Notes under the pieces: generated by a model
What the model was told of the DNA's origin: nothing
The model's input: only the letters and a program-made list of their open reading frames with translations
Databases searched by the model: none
Source: Candidatus Moraniibacteriota bacterium
Lineage (GTDB): Bacteria; Patescibacteriota; Minisyncoccia; Moranbacterales; UBA1568
Assembly: GCA_030690925.1 (NCBI GenBank)
Contig: JAUYFO010000092.1
Span: 1-25,630, forward strand
Length of the DNA: 25,630 nucleotides
Direction of reading: 5' to 3'
Translations under genes and position numbers: made by a program
Shown: in pieces, positions 1-7,540 of the stretch
How positions within the stretch are numbered: position 1 is the stretch's first letter
Layout: the number at the start of each line of letters is the position of its first letter

Positions 1-2
1 TT

Positions 3-86
3 TCTGTCGTTGCTATGGCGGTTATATTTTTTCGTCTTTCGGTAGAGTTTGATAAGCTTCGTCGAGCCCGTACCCCACAGGTATAG
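3..86 (+). CDS. Possible 3' end of an upstream membrane protein (partial)
   Basis: Open frame from the window edge, SVVAMAVIFFRLSVEFDKLRRARTPQV*, ending TAG at 84-86. Hydrophobic stretch followed by a basic tail. No family recognised. Confidence 0.35.
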   Translation, partial: SVVAMAVIFFRLSVEFDKLRRARTPQV

Positions 87-278
87 ATTGAAGAAAGTTG
101 GCACAAGCAGTGTTAGATCTTGCCTGCTGGCACACAGAAAAGTAAGTGAAATGCCTCGCTTTCGGCTGGATCGTTCCGGGGGGTTGCCCCACCTTGACTC
201 GAATCGAGACGAGGACAATCGGTAAGTACCTTTTTTGCTTTTATAGAGCCACTGTATGAGTGATAGAGAATTTTTGTA

Positions 279-307
279 TTGACGAATCAGTCAAAACTTG
301 ATATCCT
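279..307 (+). promoter_or_regulatory. Sigma70-type promoter for the lysozyme-like gene
   Basis: TTGACG (279-284), 17-nt spacer, TATCCT (302-307), with TG at 299-300 (extended -10). Confidence 0.6.
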
Positions 308-380
308 CTGGAGTACGCTCTTAATAGATTTTTGCTGTTCCGGAGGGGATTGCATGCGGCAATAGGTGGACGGTCACACT

Positions 381-1181
381 ATGGGTGATGATGTCAGGAG
401 AGGTAGTTTGCAAGGAGGGCTATCACAACTGAAACGCTTTTCGAAAATATATCCCTTTTTCACCAAAAAAGGCTTTTCTCATTTTACTTTTATTGTGCTT
501 AGTGTGGTCGTGACCTTCCCGGCATTGCCAGAGATTGATATTAAGGAACTCATGGTATCTTCGGAAACCGTCTCAGACGGTAGGGATATCGCAGTGGTTT
601 ACCAGGAGGAATTGTGCCGTTGGCAGAAGGACTTCTCTTTTTTCAGTGACCTGATGAAAGCCAAGAAAACCCCGGGGCAAAGCGCCCCCTGTTCTGAAGA
701 GACGCTCGAGGTACGTTCGGCGGCGGTCGTGAGTCAGCCGGTCAAGAAAAATGCCGAACTGGATGCGCTGATCCGCGAAATGGCGAGTGGCTACCCGATC
801 GAAGTGATGACGTCTGCCATTGCAGAGTATGATCGCAGTGTAGCTGCCCTCCTTGTGGGCATCGCCAAGAAAGAAAGTAACTGGGGCAAGCGGGTGCCGC
901 TGGCTCCTGATGGGACCGATTGTTACAATTATTGGGGCTTCAAAGGAGCGGGGAGCCGCGGGGTGGCGATGGGTCATGGTTGTTTCGGGAGTCCCGAAGA
1001 AGCCGTGCGGGCCGTGGGGAACCGAGTCGCTGAGCTGGTTGATATCAAGCAGACCAGCGAGCCCAAGAACATGATTATATGGAAGTGTGGCTCGAGCTGC
1101 GCGACTCATAGTCCCGAGAGCGTTCGGAAATGGATCAGCGATGTCGATTTGTACTATCGCAAGATTGCTTTGAAACAATAG
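381..1181 (+). CDS. Membrane-anchored/secreted lysozyme-fold protein (glucosaminidase/peptidoglycan hydrolase-like)
   Basis: N-terminal hydrophobic segment (FSHFTFIVLSVVVTF). C-terminal LLVGIAKKESNWGK...NYWGFKG resembles the A-x-x-E-S-x-W-G...N-x-[FW]-G pattern of GH73-like lysozyme-fold enzymes. ATG 381 preferred to the GTG 366 of the track; start uncertain. Confidence 0.55.
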   Translation: MGDDVRRGSLQGGLSQLKRFSKIYPFFTKKGFSHFTFIVLSVVVTFPALPEIDIKELMVSSETVSDGRDIAVVYQEELCRWQKDFSFFSDLMKAKKTPGQSAPCSEETLEVRSAAVVSQPVKKNAELDALIREMASGYPIEVMTSAIAEYDRSVAALLVGIAKKESNWGKRVPLAPDGTDCYNYWGFKGAGSRGVAMGHGCFGSPEEAVRAVGNRVAELVDIKQTSEPKNMIIWKCGSSCATHSPESVRKWISDVDLYYRKIALKQ

Positions 1182-1219
1182 TTTCTAGGGGAGTTTGTAG
1201 TTTTTTCACAAAGGAGGAA

Positions 1220-1288
1220 ATGATGAACAATTGTGCGGTATTACTTGTCTTGGGCGATTTTTTTCTGCTGGCCGAAGAACCGTGGTAA
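1220..1288 (+). CDS. Putative 22-aa small ORF (MMNNCAVLLVLGDFFLLAEEPW)
   Basis: Perfect SD AAGGAGG at 1211-1217, tandem ATG at 1220/1223, TAA at 1286-1288. Below the ORF-track size cutoff. Confidence 0.3.
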   Translation: MMNNCAVLLVLGDFFLLAEEPW

Positions 1289-1357
1289 CACAACCAACAG
1301 GGACGGCAGAGTCATTTTCGAGTATAATAGAAAAAGAGCCATTGACTATCTTTTTCT

Positions 1358-2305
1358 ATGACATGGGCACTTGTGGCACTCCTCGGGTATTTCTTTGCCG
1401 CCGTTTCTTCGGTTTTTGATAAATACCTGCTTTCAGATCGCATACCGGCGCCGGCGGTGTATGCTTTTTTTGTTTCACTTTTCAGCCTCTTTACGGTGGT
1501 GTTCATTCCTTTCGGTTTTTCCTTTTCTACGTGGCGTACGACGGGAATACTGCTTTTATCGGGAGTGCTTTTTGTCTATGGTCTGGTCGCTCTCTACACG
1601 GCGGTGAAACAGCACGAGGTATCGCGGGTCGCTCCGCTGGTGGGGGCGGTCATTTCTCTGGTCGCATTTTCAACAGTGTTTCTACCGGGTCTGTTAGAAG
1701 GCAATGTGGAACTATGGCCACTTTTAGCTCTCGGGCTGCTTATCGCTGGTGGGCTGCTTATCTCTTTCGACCTGCCACTGCGTCGCGGAGAGCATATCTC
1801 GAGATTCGTGGTAGTGGCCGGAGTACTTATGGGAGTATCACTTTTGTTACTCAAGGCTGGTTTCGGGGAATCAAATTTCGTGAGCGGTCTGGTCTGGTCA
1901 CGTTTTGGCATGGTGCTGGGCGGATTGTCGCTCCTTTGCATACCGCTCTACCGTAATGATATTGTTGCTCAGTTCAGAGTCTCTGCCAAGAATCCTAAGA
2001 AGAAGAAACGGGCACTAGGTACCAGTGTGCTCTTTCTACTCAACAAGTCGAGTGCTGGCATAGCGAGTTTTTTGGTGACCTACGCCCTTTCCCTGGGTTC
2101 TGTCGCCTTTGTGCAGGCCCTTTCGGGGATGCAGTACGTGTTTATTTTGGTGATGACGTTGGGTCTTTCTTTTCGCTTCCATCATATTTTCGGGGAGCGT
2201 TTATTTTTTTGGGATTGGGTGCAGAAACTAGTAGCGATTCTTATCATCGGAGCCGGGCTGTGGCTAGCGACGATGAGTGGTGTTCCTTTATTATTACCCG
2301 TTTAG
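1358..2305 (+). CDS. EamA/DMT-family transporter
   Basis: About 10 hydrophobic helices in two repeats, N-terminal A-x-x-x-V-F-D-K and VSRVAPL / SVAFVQALSGMQYVF motifs typical of EamA. TATAAT at 1323-1328 upstream. Confidence 0.8.
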   Translation: MTWALVALLGYFFAAVSSVFDKYLLSDRIPAPAVYAFFVSLFSLFTVVFIPFGFSFSTWRTTGILLLSGVLFVYGLVALYTAVKQHEVSRVAPLVGAVISLVAFSTVFLPGLLEGNVELWPLLALGLLIAGGLLISFDLPLRRGEHISRFVVVAGVLMGVSLLLLKAGFGESNFVSGLVWSRFGMVLGGLSLLCIPLYRNDIVAQFRVSAKNPKKKKRALGTSVLFLLNKSSAGIASFLVTYALSLGSVAFVQALSGMQYVFILVMTLGLSFRFHHIFGERLFFWDWVQKLVAILIIGAGLWLATMSGVPLLLPV

Positions 2306-2312
2306 TTTTTCT

Positions 2313-3326
2313 ATGAAACAATTGTTTAAAGTCATCGGAAAAGTGTTGCTCTGTGTGATTGTTCTCATCGCGCTTCTTTTTGGTTATTTCAACCTGCCTG
2401 GTCCGGCCCCGCGAGAAGATGTCAATCTTGGTATGACATTCTCATCGCGCTACGCTGAAGGGCTGGGGCTCGACTGGCGCGAGACGTACCTGGCGCTTCT
2501 TGACGATGTGGGGGTGAAAAAAATGCGCCTACCGGTGTACTGGGATCTGATTGAGAAGGAGCGTGGCGTATACGATTTTTCAGAGGTAGACTGGCAATTG
2601 GATGAAGCCGCCAAACGTGGTGTCGAGGTGATTCTGACGGTTGGTATCAAGGTTCCGCGTTGGCCCGAGTGTCATATTCCGGAATGGGTTGGGGATGACC
2701 TAGTATCTCGTCGCGAAGGGATCCTTCCTTTTATCGAGACTACGGTGATACGTTATCAAGAGCATCCGGCTCTTGCGAAGTGGCAGGTTGAGAATGAGCC
2801 GTTCCTTCGTTTTGGTATCTGCCCCCCTTTTGATGTGGCCCTTCTTGAAGAAGAGATAGCGCTTGTGAAACGCTTGGATGCGTCACGACCAGTGTTGTTG
2901 ACGGACAGCGGAGAAATCTCCCTGTGGATTCATGCCGCCGCTCGAGGCGATGAATTTGGTACGACTCTCTATCGTGATATCTATAGCCCAAAAGTTGGCG
3001 GGTATTTCGAGTATCCTATTGGTCCTAACTTCTTTCGTTTCAAGGAGTGGATGGTGCGTCTTTTTACTGATCAGGAAAACTTTATGATCATTGAGCTTCA
3101 GGCTGAGCCGTGGGCGAGCGGCTGGATTGCTGATGTGTCGCTCCAAGAGCAATGGAGAACCATGAACGAGAACAGGCTGGTCGAGAACGTTGATTATGCC
3201 AAGCGAGTCGGTTTTCCCGAAATCTATCTGTGGGGTGGCGAGTGGTGGTATTGGCTCAAGGTGAAAAAGCAGTATCCTGCAGTGTGGGAAACGGGCAAAC
3301 AATTGTTTCAGCAACATCAATTATAA
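2313..3326 (+). CDS. Membrane-anchored clan GH-A glycoside hydrolase (GH5/GH42-like)
   Basis: N-terminal TM helix; RLPVYWDLIEKERGVYDFSEVDWQL; acid/base WQVENEP and putative nucleophile IIELQAEPW. ATG 2313 avoids the overlap with the EamA gene that the track start (2277) implies. Confidence 0.75.
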   Translation: MKQLFKVIGKVLLCVIVLIALLFGYFNLPGPAPREDVNLGMTFSSRYAEGLGLDWRETYLALLDDVGVKKMRLPVYWDLIEKERGVYDFSEVDWQLDEAAKRGVEVILTVGIKVPRWPECHIPEWVGDDLVSRREGILPFIETTVIRYQEHPALAKWQVENEPFLRFGICPPFDVALLEEEIALVKRLDASRPVLLTDSGEISLWIHAAARGDEFGTTLYRDIYSPKVGGYFEYPIGPNFFRFKEWMVRLFTDQENFMIIELQAEPWASGWIADVSLQEQWRTMNENRLVENVDYAKRVGFPEIYLWGGEWWYWLKVKKQYPAVWETGKQLFQQHQL

Positions 3327-3330
3327 AAAC

Positions 3331-3443
3331 CACAGAACTCAGAGTACAAAAACCAAACAAAACACAAAATAAAAAAACACAGAAAGTGGATCTTGTGTTC
3401 TGGCCACGGTGCTTTGTTTGGCTTTTGTGATTTGAAAATTGTG
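3331..3443. repeat. Imperfect long inverted repeat with A/C-rich versus G/T-rich arms
   Basis: Arm 3331-3365 matches the reverse complement of 3409-3443 at 26/35 positions (core CAAAA[A/G]CCAAACAAA[A/G]CAC 17/19). Inner hairpin AACACA/TGTGTT. Confidence 0.65.
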
Positions 3444-3455
3444 CCTTGCCCCGTT

Positions 3456-3974
3456 ATGCAAAAATCACTTATCCTTGTCATCCATAACATACGCAGTGCT
3501 CACAATGTCGGTGCCCTGTTTCGTACTGCTGATGGGGCAGGGGTGGGGAGCATTGTGCTCTCTGGCTACACCCCGGTGCCTCCCAAGCAAGACGCGCTCT
3601 ACCTGAGCGACGCTGACAAGGCACTCAAGAAGACCGCCCTGGGAGCAGAGAATACGGTCCCATGGAAGATGGTATCTTCATTGACCAAGACGCTTAACCA
3701 GTTGAAAAAAGAGGGCTATCAGATCGTGGCTCTCGAGCAGCACAAAAAGAGTATCGACTATCGGCGGTATCGTCCAACTGGTCATGTAGCGCTGATGGTT
3801 GGGAATGAGGTGACTGGGGTGGATAGCCGGGTACTGAAGCGTTGTGATTGGATCGTAGAATTGCCGATGCGTGGCCAAAAGAACTCACTTAATGTTGCGG
3901 TCGCCGCAGGCATTGCTCTCTATCAGATAATCAGTACAATAGAGAAAGGAACCCATAAGAAAGAGAATCTATGA
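3456..3974 (+). CDS. SpoU/TrmH-family RNA 2'-O-methyltransferase
   Basis: IRSAHNVGALFR, GNEVTG and SLNVAVAAGIALY SPOUT motifs. ATG 3456 chosen because the track start lies inside the repeat. Confidence 0.9.
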   Translation: MQKSLILVIHNIRSAHNVGALFRTADGAGVGSIVLSGYTPVPPKQDALYLSDADKALKKTALGAENTVPWKMVSSLTKTLNQLKKEGYQIVALEQHKKSIDYRRYRPTGHVALMVGNEVTGVDSRVLKRCDWIVELPMRGQKNSLNVAVAAGIALYQIISTIEKGTHKKENL

Positions 3975-4705
3975 CAGCTAAGAAAAAAGATAAAATCGCC
4001 ATTCTTGATATCGACGGAACGATCTTCCGTAAGAATTTGCATTTCGAACTGATCAACGAACTGACCTGGATGAGGGTCTTCCCTCATGAGGCACGTAACG
4101 AACTGACCAGTATCTACACCAACTGGCTGAAACACGAGGGGACCTATGAGGATTACCGTAAGGCCTTGGTCAAGCTCTACTCCGAGCACATCCGCGGCTG
4201 TTCCCAGGAAGCGGTGATCAAGGCGAGTAAACTTCTAGTCCCGTTTCATGCCAAGCGTACTTATATCTACGCCGAACGACTGATCAAAAAACTACGCGAG
4301 GAACACTACCACCTGCTTGTTATTTCAGGATCACCTATCGAGGTGGTGGAGGAATACAACCGTCAGTACCTTAGGTTCGATGCTGCCTTTGGGAGTGTCT
4401 ACGCCGTAGATGAGCAAGGACTCTACACTGGAGAGGCTACCTTCGAGCCCTCACGCAACAAAGGTAGTCTGGTGGAGCAATACCTGTATGAGCACAAGCT
4501 TTCTCTTAAGGACTCCTATGGGGTCGGTGACACGGAGTCTGACATGGGGTTCCTTAAGTTGGTAGAACATCCTATCGCCTTTAACCCCAATCAGAACCTG
4601 AAGGCAGCAGCAGAAGAGCATGGCTGGAAGATCGTCGTAGAAAAGAAGGATGTTATTTATGAAATTAGCGATCACTACTCCCATACATCAAAAGCATCAC
4701 TATGA
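3971..4705 (+). CDS. HAD-superfamily subfamily IB phosphatase (SerB-like)
   Basis: DIDGT motif I, ISGS motif II, K and GDTESD motifs III/IV. 4-nt overlap with the upstream gene. Confidence 0.85.
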   Translation: MTAKKKDKIAILDIDGTIFRKNLHFELINELTWMRVFPHEARNELTSIYTNWLKHEGTYEDYRKALVKLYSEHIRGCSQEAVIKASKLLVPFHAKRTYIYAERLIKKLREEHYHLLVISGSPIEVVEEYNRQYLRFDAAFGSVYAVDEQGLYTGEATFEPSRNKGSLVEQYLYEHKLSLKDSYGVGDTESDMGFLKLVEHPIAFNPNQNLKAAAEEHGWKIVVEKKDVIYEISDHYSHTSKASL

Positions 4706-4815
4706 ATCTCAATAGCGCTATCGACAACTTTCTCAAGAAAACCGTGTGGCTGTGGTTGCCATTCTACGCACTCTTTCATTTGATCCATGAGTTTGGAGAA
4801 AGAAAAAAGAAATAG
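4702..4815 (+). CDS. Putative 37-aa small membrane protein (MNLNSAIDNFLKKTVWLWLPFYALFHLIHEFGERKKK)
   Basis: ATGA overlap with the HAD stop. Fills the gap up to the VanZ-like gene (ATG 4823). Aromatic hydrophobic core and basic tail. Not in the ORF track. Confidence 0.55.
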   Translation: MNLNSAIDNFLKKTVWLWLPFYALFHLIHEFGERKKK

Positions 4816-4822
4816 CCTTGCT

Positions 4823-5227
4823 ATGGTATTTTCCAAATTCTCAGTCTTCTCACAACAGGTTTTGTCGCTCGCTTTGCTTCTTGGGTGGATGGGAGTGATT
4901 TTTGCTTTTTCTTCGCTTTCAGGAGTAGCGACTGTCAGCCCACCACCGCTGTGGTACTTTATCGAACGCAAAGGGGCCCATGTAGTGGAATATGCCGTAC
5001 TCATGTTACTCGCTTTTCGTTTTTTTCGACTGACGTTTACCAAAGAAACCTTTGGGCGTGTTTTTATCTTGGCTGCTCTGTTTTCACTTACTTATGGAGC
5101 CACTGACGAACTCCACCAATTCTTTGTTCCTTTTCGAGGCGCTCATCTGACGGATGTGCTCATTGATGGGGTAGGGGTTCTCTGTATGGGGGCAGTAATC
5201 ATCTTTTTTCAAAAAACAAAAGACTGA
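4823..5227 (+). CDS. VanZ-like family membrane protein
   Basis: KGAHVVEYAVL, YGATDELHQFFVPFR and DVLIDGVG match VanZ-like motifs. ATG 4823 preferred to 4787. Confidence 0.85.
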   Translation: MVFSKFSVFSQQVLSLALLLGWMGVIFAFSSLSGVATVSPPPLWYFIERKGAHVVEYAVLMLLAFRFFRLTFTKETFGRVFILAALFSLTYGATDELHQFFVPFRGAHLTDVLIDGVGVLCMGAVIIFFQKTKD

Positions 5228-5258
5228 CCTGTGTAGAGAAGTATGAATACGAAAGAAA

Positions 5259-6236
5259 ATGTTTGAATCTATGAAAGAATTGCTTACAAGTGGTCAGATG
5301 AATGCTGCCGAGAGGTCGCTAGATCGCTTGTTTTCTGGCCATGTTAAGTCTGTTGCCGTGAATCAGGGAGAGCAGGACTTAATCGCTATTAGCGACGGAG
5401 AAACAAAAGACCAGCAGGCTGTTGCGAGCGTGCTGAAGAAAATAGAATTCATTCCTCGACGATTAGAAATAGTAGATGCTCTTGCAGTCGGAGCCGATTC
5501 TTTCGAGAATGCTATTTTGATCTCAAATCAGGGGAAAGACTTTACCCATAAAAGAAGAATAGGTAATTTTACGTATACTTTTCTTTTTGAGCGAGATGAT
5601 AAAAAAGGGATGTATCAAGTGACTTTTACGACGGAGGAGGCTAGATATGCTTTGGTAAATCAGGGATTGGCGGAGTTTCGAAAAATAATGGACACCGTGG
5701 TAGAGATGCTCGAGAAAATAAAAGAAAACGACAAGTCTTTTGAAGGGATTAAGTTTAGTGGGATGAAAGATAGTACTACTCTAGAGGAACGAGATAGGCT
5801 CTTATCGGAAAAAGAAGAGATAATCCAATTCCTTATGGCTACCTTCGAAAAAACTCCGGAGCAATATGAAGGATTTTCCTTTTATGATGGATATGGCAAT
5901 AGCCTGAATTATGAAAGCGGTCAACTCATCCGCACGTACGAGAATAAAGAGAAGAATGGTTTGAAGAATTCTATCAGAGGTTTTTTACAGAAGTTTTTCT
6001 CCAGAGAAAAAGATACCCGATCCTTTCCTTTGGATAGAGATGTATTGCGTAGTATGACAACGAGAGAAAGTATTACCCTCTTGCGTTATTTGGGGTATAT
6101 GGAAAAGGAAAAAAAAGATACAGAGATTGTTGGTACACAAAGAAAAAATGCCTATGTTTGGTATCTCAAAAAAAGACTGCCAGATAGTCGCGTGATACAA
6201 AATGAGAAGTCAGGAGAGGTCTTCTTATATGTTTAG
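5259..6236 (+). CDS. Hypothetical protein, low GC
   Basis: 325-aa soluble charged ORF. About 36% GC in a hand-counted 120-nt sample (5521-5640). No family recognised with confidence. Confidence 0.7.
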   Translation: MFESMKELLTSGQMNAAERSLDRLFSGHVKSVAVNQGEQDLIAISDGETKDQQAVASVLKKIEFIPRRLEIVDALAVGADSFENAILISNQGKDFTHKRRIGNFTYTFLFERDDKKGMYQVTFTTEEARYALVNQGLAEFRKIMDTVVEMLEKIKENDKSFEGIKFSGMKDSTTLEERDRLLSEKEEIIQFLMATFEKTPEQYEGFSFYDGYGNSLNYESGQLIRTYENKEKNGLKNSIRGFLQKFFSREKDTRSFPLDRDVLRSMTTRESITLLRYLGYMEKEKKDTEIVGTQRKNAYVWYLKKRLPDSRVIQNEKSGEVFLYV

Positions 6237-6247
6237 TGTCGAAAAAT

Positions 6248-6278
6248 AGAAAACCGCTCTTACATAGAGCGGTTTTCT
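6248..6278. terminator. Bidirectional intrinsic terminator
   Basis: Perfect 13-bp stem AGAAAACCGCTCT/AGAGCGGTTTTCT with a 5-nt loop, between the convergent orphan gene and rplT. A- and T-rich flanks. Confidence 0.85.
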
Positions 6279-6297
6279 TTCAAGAGGAGGGTATTCT

Positions 6298-6642
6298 TTA
6301 TCGGACCTTCTCAATCAAGGTCTTGAAAGTGGCTTCGTTTTCTACAGCCATCTGAGACAGGACTTTACGATCGAGAGCGATGTTCTTGGTGGTTTGGAGA
6401 GCGATGAAAGCACTGTACTTGATACCATGAAGACGGAGTGCGGTGTTGAGGCGGGTGATCCACAGGCTGCGAAAGGTGCGTTTTTTGGCACGGCGATCAC
6501 GATGGGCATACTTACCAGCTTTGATCACAGCTTCCTTGGCTTTGGTAAACAGGTTCTTGCGTCCCCAACGGAAACCTTTGGCCGCTTTCAAAATATTCTT
6601 GTGGCGTTTCTTGGTCATGACACCACGCTTTACTCTCGTCAT
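6298..6642 (-). CDS. rplT: 50S ribosomal protein L20 (bL20)
   Basis: MTRVKRGV...AKGFRWGR...YAHRDRRAKKRTFRSLWITRLN...LDRKVLS signature. Confidence 0.98.
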   Translation of the reverse strand: MTRVKRGVMTKKRHKNILKAAKGFRWGRKNLFTKAKEAVIKAGKYAHRDRRAKKRTFRSLWITRLNTALRLHGIKYSAFIALQTTKNIALDRKVLSQMAVENEATFKTLIEKVR

Positions 6643-6672
6643 ACGATTCTCTTTAAATGGAATTACTGGATG

Positions 6673-6879
6673 CTACTTGGTGCGAGCATATGGGATAGCG
6701 CGGCGGATGTTCTGCTCTTCAGTCTTGAAAATGCTCTGGTCCTTGCGCTTCGAGCGAGTCTCGTCGCCGGTATTGCGCGAGTTGTAGTGGTTCTGACCAC
6801 TGGCGCGACGCTTCAGCTTTCCGGTCCCGGTCACCTTGACTTTCTTGGCAACCGATTTCCTTGTTTTCATCTTGGGCAT
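6673..6879 (-). CDS. rpmI: 50S ribosomal protein L35 (bL35)
   Basis: MPKMKTRKSVAKKVKVTGTGKLKRR signature, located between infC and rplT. Start at ATG 6879. Confidence 0.95.
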   Translation of the reverse strand: MPKMKTRKSVAKKVKVTGTGKLKRRASGQNHYNSRNTGDETRSKRKDQSIFKTEEQNIRRAIPYARTK

Positions 6880-6975
6880 AGATCTGGGAGCTGACAACTG
6901 TGCAGCCGACAACATTTTTCCGATTAATGTGCGACTTGGTTGCTGGCTGTTAATTGGTTACTGCTGATTGATAGG

Positions 6976-7524
6976 TTATCCTGGAACGATGAGGCCAGTA
7001 AAGCCCATAGGCCCACGCTTAATCTCCTCCTCGAAGCGGTAGGGGATGGCAATACTTTTGAGAAAGAGGTTGAGGTTTTCCCGTGCTTTCTCTTGCATGG
7101 CCTTTTCGCGGCCACGCAAGATAATTTCGATTCGCACCTTGCTTCCCCTGGTCAGGAATTTCTCGGCCTGTGCTTTTTTGAAAAGAAGATCGTGTTTATC
7201 AGTACGGAAACCGATGCGGATGCCTTTGGTTTCAATTTTCTTCTGCTTGGCCTTCTGTTGCTGCTCCTGTTTGGCAACCTTGTACTGCAGTTTGCCGTAG
7301 TCGGTGATTTTGCACACGGGAGGTTTCGCCAGGGGAGAGACCTCTACCAAATCCGCTTCCTGTTCTTGGGCAAGCAGAATGGCCGCCGCAGTATCCATCA
7401 CGCCTCGGTTTTCGCCATCGATGTCGATGACCATCACCTGGGGGACGAGAATCTTCTCGTTGGTGCGTGCATGTTCCTTCAGCTGCACTTTTGGTTTCGG
7501 TCGGTTGTGACGTCTTCGTCTCAT
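6976..7524 (-). CDS. infC: Translation initiation factor IF-3
   Basis: NEKILVPQVMVID...DLVEVSPLAKPPVCKITDYGK...K.IRI...D..HDL..K...FL..G.KV. Canonical infC-rpmI-rplT order. Confidence 0.97.
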   Translation of the reverse strand: MRRRRHNRPKPKVQLKEHARTNEKILVPQVMVIDIDGENRGVMDTAAAILLAQEQEADLVEVSPLAKPPVCKITDYGKLQYKVAKQEQQQKAKQKKIETKGIRIGFRTDKHDLLFKKAQAEKFLTRGSKVRIEIILRGREKAMQEKARENLNLFLKSIAIPYRFEEEIKRGPMGFTGLIVPG

Positions 7525-7540
7525 TTTTTATCTGTTAAAA

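Noticed and set aside
366-375. GTGGACGGTC repeated at 366 and 10684, both ORF-track starts
   Set aside because: A single 10-nt match is expected by chance in 25 kb, and neither position is my preferred start.
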